Of a DNA stretch of 64,000 bases, positions 7,873 to 17,682 are shown piece by piece. Origin of the DNA: Pseudomonadales bacterium (GTDB lineage Bacteria; Pseudomonadota; Gammaproteobacteria; Pseudomonadales; Azotimanducaceae); the NCBI GenBank assembly GCA_040880285.1, contig JBBDIT010000055.1, positions 133,692-197,691 on the forward strand. The letters run 5' to 3'. The translations under genes and the position numbers were made by a program. The notes beneath the pieces are model-generated. The model was not told the DNA's origin. It did not search any database and saw only the letters and a list, made by a program, of their open reading frames with translations. How positions within the stretch are numbered: position 1 is the first letter of the stretch; every line of letters begins with the position of its first letter.

Positions 7873-9078
7873 ATGAGCGGCAAGGATCCGATTGCCTGTA
7901 AACCCGATACACTGGCGCAACACTACTCGGCGTTTCGCGTGTCCGACCGCACCTTGCTGACCGGTCATTCACACCAGGCCTGGCCCGATGTGGCGTTTGA
8001 CGGCCAGAAACAGGCCTGGCTGGATGCGGCCAACCTGGTGGATGACAAATGGAGCGCGGCCTTTGCCAAAGCAGGAGAGGTCAAGGCGTTCTACGCCGGG
8101 TTGCTCGGTGATCGTGGAACTGATCACTATGTCCTTGCGGAAAACACCCACGAGCTGCTGGTCCGATTCTTATCAGCGCTACCCCTCGGCTCACGCCCGC
8201 GAATCGTAACCACCGATGGGGAGTTTCACTCAATGCGAAGACAGCTGTCACGGCTGTCAGAAGAAGCCGTTGAAGTGGTGGTCGTCCCGACTGATCCGGT
8301 CCACAGCTTGAGTGAGCGAGTTGCGGGGAAACTGAATGATGCTACCGGAAGCGTCATGATGTCAGCCGTACTGTATCGGAACGCACACATCGTACCAGGG
8401 CTTTCCGTGGTGGCTGAGCGCGCTCACCATCTGGGGATACCATTGCTTGTTGATGCCTATCATGCACTGAATGTTATGCCCTTTGAACTTGCGGTGCAGG
8501 GTCTGACCGGTGCATTTGTGGTAGGTGGCGGCTACAAGTATTGTCAGTTCGGCGAAGGTAATTGTTTTATGCGTATCCCGCCAGACTGTGACATGAGGCC
8601 GATTGTGACCGGGTGGTACGCTGAATTTGGCGATCTGTCGCAGCAGTCAGACACAAATAAGGTCGGCTACCCCAGGGGAGGCGATCGTTTCTCCGGCAGT
8701 ACCTATGACCCGGTCAGTCACTATCGTGCGGCTGCTGTTATCGACTTTTTTGGCAGCCAGGGTCTCAGGCCGCTGATGTTACGACAGATCAGTCAGCACC
8801 AGGTGGGCCTTATCATTGATGAATTTGAAAAACTGGATTGTGATCCAGCGCATTTGGCTCGTGATGCGATTGAACTCGAGAATATCGCCGGCTTTGTCGC
8901 ATTCCGGTCGAACGCCGCGGCCGCTCTACAACGGATGCTCAGGTGCAATGGCATCTGGACCGACCACCGCGGCGCGTATCTCCGCCTCGGTCCTGCACCC
9001 TACGTTTCCGATACGCAGATCCAGGATGCGATCGCCGCGCTTGGTGTCGCCATTCGCGATCACAGTTCAAGAGATTGA
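7873..9078 (+). CDS. Kynureninase-like / class V aminotransferase-fold PLP-dependent enzyme
   Basis: 401-aa ORF. LLVDAYHALNVMPFEL...VVGGGYKYCQFGEGNCF...VTGWYAEFG parallels the kynureninase block DLAHS...GCTYKYLNGGPG...SGWFGH, with the PLP lysine in GGYKY. Specific activity is not assignable. Confidence 0.6.
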   Translation: MSGKDPIACKPDTLAQHYSAFRVSDRTLLTGHSHQAWPDVAFDGQKQAWLDAANLVDDKWSAAFAKAGEVKAFYAGLLGDRGTDHYVLAENTHELLVRFLSALPLGSRPRIVTTDGEFHSMRRQLSRLSEEAVEVVVVPTDPVHSLSERVAGKLNDATGSVMMSAVLYRNAHIVPGLSVVAERAHHLGIPLLVDAYHALNVMPFELAVQGLTGAFVVGGGYKYCQFGEGNCFMRIPPDCDMRPIVTGWYAEFGDLSQQSDTNKVGYPRGGDRFSGSTYDPVSHYRAAAVIDFFGSQGLRPLMLRQISQHQVGLIIDEFEKLDCDPAHLARDAIELENIAGFVAFRSNAAAALQRMLRCNGIWTDHRGAYLRLGPAPYVSDTQIQDAIAALGVAIRDHSSRD

Positions 9079-9159
9079 TTCTCGTCAATCTGGAGGGTAG
9101 CTCCGCCACCTACAATGGAATCCGGCACCTACAGTGGAACTGGAGGATCAAGGTGGCCT

Positions 9160-9618
9160 ATGAAAATTGAGACGATCAGTGACATTATCGATTGGACTCG
9201 CCAGTATCATGAGTTATTGTCCAGGTGCCTTGCGCAAGCGAAAGATGAAAATCTGGCAGAGCGGGCCCGTTTACTGCTTGACTATCTGGCTAAACATGAA
9301 CATCAGCTATCTTTAGTATTGCAGGGATTTGAAGATTCGGACAATCTGAAAGCATTGCATACCTGGTGCTATGACTATCTTGACAAATATCCTGTCAAAC
9401 CTCACCCGGCTTGTGATAAGCCTTATGCGAAAATGTCTACAGGCGAAATCATCAAACAAGTTGAATATGAAAATGGTCAGATCCTGGCGCTATACCGACA
9501 TGTGAGAAGCCGCGTGGATAGCCCATCGGCGATTGAGCTGATTGAGCAGCTAATTTCGCTCGAAGAACACGAGGCGATGCGGATGGCGCACAGTGCCAAT
9601 CGGCTCGAAGATTTGTGA
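9160..9618 (+). CDS. Hypothetical helical protein (about 152 aa)
   Basis: ATG at 9160 is preceded by GGAGGA (9142-9147). The ORF-track start at 9115 is upstream of the SD. The sequence is helix-rich and I recognise no motif. Confidence 0.5.
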   Translation: MKIETISDIIDWTRQYHELLSRCLAQAKDENLAERARLLLDYLAKHEHQLSLVLQGFEDSDNLKALHTWCYDYLDKYPVKPHPACDKPYAKMSTGEIIKQVEYENGQILALYRHVRSRVDSPSAIELIEQLISLEEHEAMRMAHSANRLEDL

Positions 9619-9639
9619 CGGGATAAACCGGTGATCTGG

Positions 9640-11721
9640 CTAGACCTGGCTTAGCTTCTCCGGCGTTGTGATCCAGCGACGCATAATAGCGTTCGCGCGC
9701 CGGCGGTCATTGACAAGTAACCAGTCTGCCGCCCGCCGCACGTCCGTTAACATATGGTTATCGCGAATAATGTCAGCAATGCGGAAGGCCAGGCTACCGG
9801 ATTGGCGGGTGCCCAGTACCTCGCCAGGGCCACGAATCTGTAAGTCCTGCTCTGCAATATAGAAACCGTCACTGGATTCCCGGATGACATTCAATCGACG
9901 TTTACTGGTTTCGCTGAGTGGCGGGTGATACAGAAGAACACAGTAACTCTGGCGGCTGCCGCGTCCGATGCGACCACGGAGCTGGTGTAATTGGGCCAGT
10001 CCCAGCCGTTCGGGATTTTCGATAATCATCAGGCTGGCATTGGGAACGTCCACCCCCACCTCAATGACCGTTGTCGCAACCAATAGATCGAGCTTTCCGT
10101 GCTTGAAACGGGTCATCACATCGGTTTTGTCGGCCGGGGTCATGCGTCCGTGTACCAATCCCACGGCGAGGTCATGTAACTTGCCGCGGAGTTGGTCGGC
10201 AGTGGTTTCTGCTGCCTGGGACTGCAGGACTTCGGATTCTTCGATCAGCGTACAGACCCAATAGGCCTGCGCACCCGAATGACAGGCGTCACGTACACGT
10301 TCCACTACCTCGTCTCGTTTGGTATCGGCAAGGACACTGGATACAACGGGCGATCGGCCGGGTGGCAACTCATCAATGATGGAGCAATCCATATCCGCGT
10401 ACAGGCTCATGGTCAAGGTGCGCGGGATCGGTGTTGCCGTCATCACTAACTGGTGTGGTAAGAGGTCGCTTGTTTCACCTTTTTCGCGCAAAGCCAGGCG
10501 CTGGTGAACACCAAACCTGTGTTGCTCATCTATGACGATGAGCCCCAGCTTCTTGAACTTCACCTCTTTCTGGAACAAGGCGTGGGTGCCGATAATGACT
10601 CCGGCAGTACCTGACTTCATGAGCGCCAGCTGTTCCGCACGCTTGCTGCCTTTGACCTTACCGGAAAGATAAGTCGTGGTAATACCGAGTGGTGAAAGCC
10701 AGCCCGAAAAGTTAATAAAATGTTGTTCCGCCAGTATCTCAGTTGGTGCCATGATGGCAGCCTGCAATCCGTTTTCGACTGCCTGGATGGCGGCGAGTGC
10801 GGCGATGACTGTTTTGCCTGAGCCCACATCACCTTGTAATAGTCGAAGCATGGGTACCGGCTTTGACATGTCGTTGGCAATTTCACTTGCGACTCGTGTC
10901 TGTGCACCGGTCAAGTCAAATCCAAGGCTTTCCGTGAACGCTTTGCAGGTCTTCCCCGGCGGCGTCAGGGCGTAGGTCCGAAGCCTGGAAACTTCTTCTC
11001 GTACCAGTCGCATACTGGTGTGATGTCCGAGCAGTTCTTCGAAAGCGAGTCGCTGCTGGGCCGGGTGCCTGCCTTCCATCAGAGCGATCATGTCAGCATC
11101 AGGTGGTGGCCGATGAACGAACCCGATAGCTTCATTGATTCCCATATTCATGGGGACGATTGTGGAAGGCAATAATTCCGGTAACAATTTGCCAGCATCC
11201 ATCATCGAGAGTACCTGTTCGACCAGGCCGCGCATGCGTTGTTGGGTCAGGCCCTCGGTTGCCGGATAAACTGGTGTCAGCGTGTTGTCCAGGTGATTGC
11301 CAGCGGCGCTTGTGTACTCGGGATGATAGATTTCAAATCCCGCGGCGCCACGACGGACCTCTCCGAAGCATCTGATGGTGCCTGCATTCTCGAGATTTTT
11401 TTGCTGCGGCCTGGAAAAATGAAAGAAGCGTAATGCGATCATACCCGTGTCGTCTTTGAGGTAAGCGAGCAAACTGCGGCGTCGGCCGAATGCCAATTTC
11501 ACCTCGACTACTTCACCTTCAATGACAACCTGCTGCCCCAGCCTTGCGCGCGCGATGGGCGTGACGCGGCTCCGGTCCTCGTAGCGCATGGGCAGGTGGA
11601 ACAATACATCGGCGAGGGTATGAATGCCGAGTCTGGCAAGTTTGTCTGCAAATGCCGGGCCCACACCTTTCAAAGTAGTGACGCTGGCCTGATCCAACGA
11701 ATTGATTCCGGGTCCAGGCAT
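9640..11721 (-). CDS. recG: ATP-dependent DNA helicase RecG
   Basis: 693 aa. Walker A GDVGSGKT and DEQHRFG motif, N-terminal wedge domain, C-terminal TRG-type region (QLRGRIGRG). Confidence 0.95.
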   Translation of the reverse strand: MPGPGINSLDQASVTTLKGVGPAFADKLARLGIHTLADVLFHLPMRYEDRSRVTPIARARLGQQVVIEGEVVEVKLAFGRRRSLLAYLKDDTGMIALRFFHFSRPQQKNLENAGTIRCFGEVRRGAAGFEIYHPEYTSAAGNHLDNTLTPVYPATEGLTQQRMRGLVEQVLSMMDAGKLLPELLPSTIVPMNMGINEAIGFVHRPPPDADMIALMEGRHPAQQRLAFEELLGHHTSMRLVREEVSRLRTYALTPPGKTCKAFTESLGFDLTGAQTRVASEIANDMSKPVPMLRLLQGDVGSGKTVIAALAAIQAVENGLQAAIMAPTEILAEQHFINFSGWLSPLGITTTYLSGKVKGSKRAEQLALMKSGTAGVIIGTHALFQKEVKFKKLGLIVIDEQHRFGVHQRLALREKGETSDLLPHQLVMTATPIPRTLTMSLYADMDCSIIDELPPGRSPVVSSVLADTKRDEVVERVRDACHSGAQAYWVCTLIEESEVLQSQAAETTADQLRGKLHDLAVGLVHGRMTPADKTDVMTRFKHGKLDLLVATTVIEVGVDVPNASLMIIENPERLGLAQLHQLRGRIGRGSRQSYCVLLYHPPLSETSKRRLNVIRESSDGFYIAEQDLQIRGPGEVLGTRQSGSLAFRIADIIRDNHMLTDVRRAADWLLVNDRRRANAIMRRWITTPEKLSQV

Positions 11722-11730
11722 GGGCCGAAA

Positions 11731-12117
11731 TCAGGTGTCGAGTAAGGCGATGGCGTCGATTTCGACTTTCGCACCTCTTGGCAAGGCACTGACTTCCACC
11801 GCGGCCCGGGCCGGGTAAGGTTTACTGAGAACCCGTTCCATTACCGCATTGACGCTGCCAAAATTGGAAAGGTCGGTGAGGTAGACGTTGAATTTTACTA
11901 CATTGCCCAGCCCACCTCCGGCTGCCTCGCAGATCGCGCCAAGGTTGATAAAGACTTGTTGGATCTGTTGTTCAATATTGTCTGAAACCAGTTCCATGGT
12001 GTTTGGGTCCAGCGGTATCTGGCCACTCACGTAGAGAGTGTTATCGACGCGAACTGCCTGGGAGTAAGTACCGATGGCTTCGGGTGCGTTGTTGGTAGAT
12101 ATAATTTCTCGTTTCAT
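11731..12117 (-). CDS. ridA: RidA/YjgF-family reactive-intermediate deaminase
   Basis: 128 aa. NAPEAIGTYSQAV...YVSGQIPLDP...PARAAVEVSALPRGAKVEIDAIA are typical of the family. Confidence 0.9.
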   Translation of the reverse strand: MKREIISTNNAPEAIGTYSQAVRVDNTLYVSGQIPLDPNTMELVSDNIEQQIQQVFINLGAICEAAGGGLGNVVKFNVYLTDLSNFGSVNAVMERVLSKPYPARAAVEVSALPRGAKVEIDAIALLDT

Positions 12118-12144
12118 ACTAATGGATTAGCCTGGTCTGATGAA

Positions 12145-14262
12145 TCAGTTTCGTGTCCTTACGATTTTGTTGACGCCCTTGATGGTTCGTAAACGCCGTA
12201 TCACTTGAGCAAGATGAACCCGGTCTCGTACCTGCAGGACAATGTTGACCGTGCCGAGACGCGCATCTTTCTCGACCATACTAATGCGTTCAATATTGGA
12301 GTCAGCGCTGGTGGCTGTCGATGCCAGTACCGCGACGATACCCTTTTCATGCTCGAGTTCAACCCTCAACTCGACCAAAAATTCCTGCTGTACATGAGGG
12401 TCCCAGCGGACCGGCATCAGTTCGTCTGGTTTCTCACGTCGCAGTTCGTGCATGTTGTTGCAGGTCTCGGTATGGATCACGATGCCACGTCCGGCACTGA
12501 TATGACCGATAACCGGGTCGCCCGGGATGGGTTTACAGCACTTGGCATAGGTGATCACCAGGCCCTCCGTACCCATGATAGCGAGCGGCTTCTGGTTGCC
12601 TGGCTCTTCGATGGCTTCGGCAGAGATCAATTTCCTGGCAATCACATATGCCATCTGGTTACCGAGGCCGATCGCTTCCAGCAGGGACTCAAGGTCGGGG
12701 ATATTGCGCTCTTGTAACAGTGCACTGATGCGATCCTGGTCAATGTCGTCGAGGCTCGTGTTCCAGGATTTGAGTGTACGCTCTAAGAGCCGTTGGCCGA
12801 GGTTGACCGATTCACTACGCTGCTGGGTTTTAAGCGCGTGGCGAATGCTGCTTCTGGCCTTACCGGTCACTGCAAAACTCAGCCACGCTGGATTGGGTTG
12901 GGCTCCCGGCGCCGTGATGATCTCAACGGTTTGTCCGCTTTCGAGGGTCGCCGAGAGTGGCGCGAGTCGACGATCAATCCGGCAAGCCACGCAGGTATTG
13001 CCGATATCCGTGTGTACGGTATAAGCGAAGTCCACCGGTGTCGCACCCTGTGGCATATCGTGAATGTCACCACGTGGAGTGAACACATAGACTTCATCGG
13101 GAAACAGATCGATCTTCACATTCTCGATAAACTCCAGCGAATTACCGGCACTCTGCTGAATCTCAAGTAAACCTTTCATCCACTCTCGGGCACGCTTGTG
13201 GCTACCCCTGGTACTCTCATCATTGGTCTTGTACAACCAGTGCCCCGCGATACCGTTATTGGCGACCATTTCCATCGCTACAGTACGGATCTGGATTTCA
13301 ATCGGAATTCCGTGCATGCCGAATAGCGTGGTGTGCAAGGACTGGTAACCGTTGGCCTTGGGGATCGCGATATAGTCTTTGAATCTCCCCGCTACCGGTT
13401 TGTACAGGTTGTGTACAGCACCAAGGACGCGATAGCAGGTATCCACAGAGTCGACGATAATGCGGAAGGCATACACATCCATAATTTCGCCAAAGGATTT
13501 ATGCTTGGCACGCATCTTGTCGTAAATACTGTAGAGATGCTTCTCGCGGCCAAAAACTTCGGCCTCAATGCCCTCGCGTTCGAGACAATGTTCAATCGAG
13601 TCGAGAATTTTGCTAACGACTTCCTTTCGGTTGCCCCGTGCCTTCTTAACCGCCTTCTCGATCATGGAAGATCGCATGGGGTGTAGCGCCTTGAAGCCGA
13701 GCTCTTCGAATTCAATGCGAATATTATTCATACCGAGCCGGTTTGCGATGGGGGCGTAAATTTCAAGTGTTTCGCGCGCGATACGCTTGCGCTTTTCAGT
13801 ATCAAGGTGTCCCAGCGTGCGCATGTTATGCAGGCGATCGGCAAGTTTGACCAGAATGACGCGAATGTCCCTGGACATGGCAAGGGTCATTTTCTGAAAG
13901 TTTTCTGCCTGTGCTTCTGCGCGTGACTGGAAGATTGCCTTGAGCTTGGATACCCCATCAACCAGTTCGGCAACTTCCTCATCGAACTCCTCGCTCAAGA
14001 GATGCTTGGGCACTCCTGTGTCTTCTATGACGTCGTGAAGCAATGCCGCCATGAGGCACTGGTGATCCATGTGCATGCCAGCAAGGATTGATGCCACCGC
14101 TAACGGGTGCGTAATATAAGCTTCGCCGGATTGGCGCCTTTGACCTTCGTGAGCAGATTCAGCATATGCGTAGGCTTTCCTGACCTGCTGAATCTGGCTC
14201 TCGTCGAGATATTCACTGAGTTGATTGGCAAGCGAGTCAATAGTCAACAACAAAGCCTCCAC
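12145..14262 (-). CDS. spoT: Bifunctional (p)ppGpp synthetase/hydrolase SpoT
   Basis: 705 aa. Intact HD hydrolase motif (HPLAVA...LLHDVIEDT), a RelA/SpoT synthetase domain, and TGS and ACT-like C-terminal regions. Lies directly downstream of rpoZ as in other gammaproteobacteria. Confidence 0.93.
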   Translation of the reverse strand: MEALLLTIDSLANQLSEYLDESQIQQVRKAYAYAESAHEGQRRQSGEAYITHPLAVASILAGMHMDHQCLMAALLHDVIEDTGVPKHLLSEEFDEEVAELVDGVSKLKAIFQSRAEAQAENFQKMTLAMSRDIRVILVKLADRLHNMRTLGHLDTEKRKRIARETLEIYAPIANRLGMNNIRIEFEELGFKALHPMRSSMIEKAVKKARGNRKEVVSKILDSIEHCLEREGIEAEVFGREKHLYSIYDKMRAKHKSFGEIMDVYAFRIIVDSVDTCYRVLGAVHNLYKPVAGRFKDYIAIPKANGYQSLHTTLFGMHGIPIEIQIRTVAMEMVANNGIAGHWLYKTNDESTRGSHKRAREWMKGLLEIQQSAGNSLEFIENVKIDLFPDEVYVFTPRGDIHDMPQGATPVDFAYTVHTDIGNTCVACRIDRRLAPLSATLESGQTVEIITAPGAQPNPAWLSFAVTGKARSSIRHALKTQQRSESVNLGQRLLERTLKSWNTSLDDIDQDRISALLQERNIPDLESLLEAIGLGNQMAYVIARKLISAEAIEEPGNQKPLAIMGTEGLVITYAKCCKPIPGDPVIGHISAGRGIVIHTETCNNMHELRREKPDELMPVRWDPHVQQEFLVELRVELEHEKGIVAVLASTATSADSNIERISMVEKDARLGTVNIVLQVRDRVHLAQVIRRLRTIKGVNKIVRTRN

Positions 14263-14310
14263 TGGCTCGATTGCCTCGTTTGCTGGAACCTCAGATAAAA
14301 AGGTTCAGGA

Positions 14311-14598
14311 TTAAAATTCGGGATCCGTATCTGGTTGTTCAAATGTATCCTGCTCTACCGCAATGCCGACTCGCTCGGCCGGTTGTTCCGGGCGTTCGGG
14401 CTCGTTCAATATGCTTGCGTTGATCAGGCCTTCGGCAATTTCACGCAGTGCAAGGACTGTGGGCTTGTCATTCTCGAGTGGTACGAGAGGCGCTTTCCCC
14501 CCAGTTGCGATCTGGCGCGCACGCTTGCTGGATACCATGACCAGCTCAAATCTGTTTTCCACATTTTCCAGGCAATCTTCAACCGTTACTCGTGCCAT
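14311..14598 (-). CDS. rpoZ: DNA-directed RNA polymerase subunit omega
   Basis: Conserved N-terminus [20 protein letters not shown] begins at the ATG at 14598 with GGAG upstream. The ORF-track start at 14649 adds 17 non-conserved residues. Confidence 0.93.
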   Translation of the reverse strand: MARVTVEDCLENVENRFELVMVSSKRARQIATGGKAPLVPLENDKPTVLALREIAEGLINASILNEPERPEQPAERVGIAVEQDTFEQPDTDPEF

Positions 14599-14705
14599 CT
14601 GGCAATCTCCGTAAGCTTTTCGAGTGGCCCCGCGTTCGTGCTTGGCCATACAGGACCGCGCAGTTTACCTTTAAACGGGGAATCGTGACAATATTATGGC
14701 ACGGG

Positions 14706-15359
14706 TTATGGCAATAAATCCCGCAACAAGGGCCTGAGGCCGGGTTTTTGGGCCTCAACGGTAAATTCATCGCCCCGCCCGCGGATGATCTGGATCATCC
14801 GGGCGAGCGCTTCCTCAAATTCGTCGTTGACGACAATATAGTCGAATTCGGCATAGTGGGACATCTCATTGATTGCCTCGGCCATCCGCCGTTCGATGGT
14901 TTGCTCGTCGTCCTCACCCCTGGCCCGCAGGCGCTCGCGCAGGGTTTCGGTTGATGGCGGCAGGATGAAGATACTTTTGGTCCCCGGCAGGGTGGCTCGT
15001 ATCTGCCCGGCTCCCTGCCAGTCTATCTCGAGGATGACATGCTGGCCCGCGGATGTAATCCGCTCAACTTCCGCGCGGCTCGTACCATACAGGTTACCAA
15101 AGACCGTCGCCGACTCGACGAATTCATTGTTCGCCTGCATACGCTTGAAGGTGTCCTCATCAACGAAGTGGTAGTTGACGCCGTTTACCTCGTGCGGTCG
15201 TCTTGGGCGGGTCGTATGTGACACGCTGACCGCTGCCTCCGGCATCGCAGCGATCAGGGCGGCGACCAGCGATGTCTTGCCGGCCCCCGATGGTGCCGCG
15301 ACAATAAACAGGTCGCCTTGCAGGAATGGACGGTCAGGAGAATTCACAGGATGGCTCAC
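14706..15359 (-). CDS. gmk: Guanylate kinase
   Basis: P-loop APSGAGKTSL and TTRPRRPHEVNGVNYHFV. The GTG start shares one base with the yicC stop. Confidence 0.93.
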   Translation of the reverse strand: MSHPVNSPDRPFLQGDLFIVAAPSGAGKTSLVAALIAAMPEAAVSVSHTTRPRRPHEVNGVNYHFVDEDTFKRMQANNEFVESATVFGNLYGTSRAEVERITSAGQHVILEIDWQGAGQIRATLPGTKSIFILPPSTETLRERLRARGEDDEQTIERRMAEAINEMSHYAEFDYIVVNDEFEEALARMIQIIRGRGDEFTVEAQKPGLRPLLRDLLP

Positions 15360-16201
15360 TATTCGATATTCTGGATCTGCTCACGCATCTGCTCGATGAT
15401 CACTTTTAATTCCACTGACTGGATCGACATCTCGGCCGCGGAGGATTTCGATGAGAGTGTATTGGCTTCCCGGTTGAGTTCCTGCATCAGGAAATCCAGT
15501 CGCCTGCCAATCGTGCCGCCGGTGTTAAGGGTGCTGCGGACTTCTTCTATATGGGTATCGAGCCGGTCGAGTTCTTCATAAACATCTGACTTGTGTGCGA
15601 GATACACGAGTTCCTGCTCCAGGCGACCGGTATCCATCTCGACATCAAGTTCGGCAATCTTGTCTCTTACGCGAGCTGACAATCTCTCCATAATCGCCGG
15701 CGCTTCTGCGCGAATCTGGTTGACAATGTTGGCCAGACTATCAAGACGCTCCAGGATGAGGCGTTGTAATTCCGCGCCCTCGCGCTCTCGCATGGCAACC
15801 AACGCTTCAAGAGTTTCACTGAATAGCGCACGAATCCGCACCAGTAACTCTTCGAACTCTTCTGAATCGTCGGTAAGAACGCCAGGCCAACGCAGGAGCT
15901 CCAGCGGATTGACGGGTGCCACATTCTTCGAAACCGAGGCCACATGATCCACAAGCCGCGAGATATGGCGTAACTGGCCCTCATTGACGACGGCCTCAGC
16001 CATTTCGCCGCCGGGCACTTCCCATCGAAACAAACAATCGATCTTGCCACGTGCTACCTTGTGCTTGAGCAGGTTACGCAGGTCCGCCTCCAGTATCCGA
16101 AGGTTATCCGGCAATTTGAAGACCGGGTCCAGGTAACGCTGGTTCACTGTGCGGATTTCCCAGGCCATATTTCCCGCCTGGGCACGCGCAAAGGCCGTCA
16201 T
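15359..16201 (-). CDS. yicC: YicC-family stress-induced protein
   Basis: RSMTAFARAQ...WEIRTVNQRYLD matches the E. coli YicC N-terminus (MIRSMTAYAR...WEMRSVNQRYLE). The C-terminal DUF1732-like KVIIEQMREQIQNIE is present. ATG at 16201 chosen; GTG at 16213 and TTG at 16228 are possible alternatives. Confidence 0.88.
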   Translation of the reverse strand: MTAFARAQAGNMAWEIRTVNQRYLDPVFKLPDNLRILEADLRNLLKHKVARGKIDCLFRWEVPGGEMAEAVVNEGQLRHISRLVDHVASVSKNVAPVNPLELLRWPGVLTDDSEEFEELLVRIRALFSETLEALVAMREREGAELQRLILERLDSLANIVNQIRAEAPAIMERLSARVRDKIAELDVEMDTGRLEQELVYLAHKSDVYEELDRLDTHIEEVRSTLNTGGTIGRRLDFLMQELNREANTLSSKSSAAEMSIQSVELKVIIEQMREQIQNIE

Positions 16202-16294
16202 GCTTCTTGTCACACTGCTCGATCCCAAAATTTAAACCCTGCATCTGATGATCCACCCAAAGTATAATAGAACTTGTGACACGAAGGAGATTTC

Positions 16295-17038
16295 ATGAAT
16301 ACAACTAAAGCACAAGCGAACGCGAGACCGTCAGGCAGGGCTACAGACCAGACCCGGCAGGTCATCATGGAGCGTGGGTTTGCAAAATATGCGGAGGGGT
16401 CGGTGCTGATCTCTTTCGGTGACACCCGGGTTATCTGTACGGCTAGCGTCGAATCCGGTGTCCCTGGCTTCCTCAGGGGATCTGGTCGCGGCTGGATCAC
16501 GTCAGAATATGGCATGTTGCCGCGTTCAACACATGAGAGGATGGATCGGGAAGCAACACGTGGTAAACAGGGTGGAAGAACGGTTGAAATCCAGCGCCTG
16601 ATCGGTCGGTCTCTGCGTGCTTGTGTGGATCTGGGTAAACTGGGTGAAAATACCATCAAGCTGGACTGTGACGTAATCCAGGCTGATGGAGGTACCCGCA
16701 CTGCTGCTATTACAGGAGCCTGTGTAGCACTCTATGATGCGGTTTTGAGACTGGGTAAGGTTGAAGATGCGTTCCAGCAGTTTGTCGGCGCTATTTCTGT
16801 CGGTATCGTGAACGGGCTCCCGGTACTGGACCTCGAATATACTGAAGATTCGAAGGCGGAAACCGATATGAATGTGGTCATGGCAGAAAACGGCGACTTT
16901 ATCGAAATTCAGGGCACAGCCGAAGAATCGCCCTTTAGTCGAGAGGAGCTAAATTCCATGCTGGAACTGGCAGAAAAAGGGATCAAAGAGCTATTCATCG
17001 CCCAGCGTCAGGTGCTGGGTATCCAGGAATCAGCATGA
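16295..17038 (+). CDS. rph: Ribonuclease PH
   Basis: [22 protein letters not shown]...[17 protein letters not shown]...[19 protein letters not shown]...[19 protein letters not shown] closely follows E. coli Rph. Confidence 0.95.
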   Translation: MNTTKAQANARPSGRATDQTRQVIMERGFAKYAEGSVLISFGDTRVICTASVESGVPGFLRGSGRGWITSEYGMLPRSTHERMDREATRGKQGGRTVEIQRLIGRSLRACVDLGKLGENTIKLDCDVIQADGGTRTAAITGACVALYDAVLRLGKVEDAFQQFVGAISVGIVNGLPVLDLEYTEDSKAETDMNVVMAENGDFIEIQGTAEESPFSREELNSMLELAEKGIKELFIAQRQVLGIQESA

Positions 17039-17682
17039 AGGCATATCAAGAGCGCTTTATAGAGTTTGCGATACAAAGTGAGGTCTTGCAGTTTGGTGAG
17101 TTCGAGCTCAAGTCCGGGCGTATGAGCCCTTACTTCTTCAACGCGGGACGATTCAACTCAGGGGCGGTCCTACATGAGATCGGTGGTTATTATGCCGAGG
17201 CATTGCTGGCCTCGGGGTTGAAGTTTGATTTACTGTTCGGGCCTGCCTATAAAGGTATTCCGCTGGTGACGGCGACCGTGATCGCGCTGGCTGAAAGGCA
17301 CGGGATTGATGTACCTTATGTGTTTAACCGTAAGGAGGTTAAGGATCACGGTGAAGGTGGACAATTGGTCGGTGCAACACTCTCAGGAAGAGTTGTGATC
17401 GTGGACGACATCATTACTGCAGGCACTGCCATTCGGGAAGTCATGGAAATTTTATCAGGTTATGATTCGACTGCCGTGGGTGCTTTGGTTGCGATTGACC
17501 GACAGGAACGAGGCACTAAAGACCTGTCAGCGATCCAGGAAATTGAGCAGTCCTATGGTGTGTCCGTCGTCAGTATCGTAAAGTTGGATGACATCATTTC
17601 GTATATTTCTAGTCGATCAGGGTTCAGCAAGGAGCTTGAGCAAATTAAACAATACAGACATGCATTTGGAGTTGCGGCATAG
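17035..17682 (+). CDS. pyrE: Orotate phosphoribosyltransferase
   Basis: 215 aa with PRPP-binding motif [20 protein letters not shown] overlap with the rph stop. Confidence 0.95.
   Translation: MKAYQERFIEFAIQSEVLQFGEFELKSGRMSPYFFNAGRFNSGAVLHEIGGYYAEALLASGLKFDLLFGPAYKGIPLVTATVIALAERHGIDVPYVFNRKEVKDHGEGGQLVGATLSGRVVIVDDIITAGTAIREVMEILSGYDSTAVGALVAIDRQERGTKDLSAIQEIEQSYGVSVVSIVKLDDIISYISSRSGFSKELEQIKQYRHAFGVAA

Noticed and set aside
14599-14649. Longer N-termini given by the ORF track for rpoZ, rpmB, coaD, pilT, mutM, pilG, gshB and the collagen-like gene.
   Set aside because: The track extends to the farthest ATG/GTG/TTG. Conserved family N-termini ([57 protein letters not shown]) and SD-like sequences support the internal starts used in the feature list.
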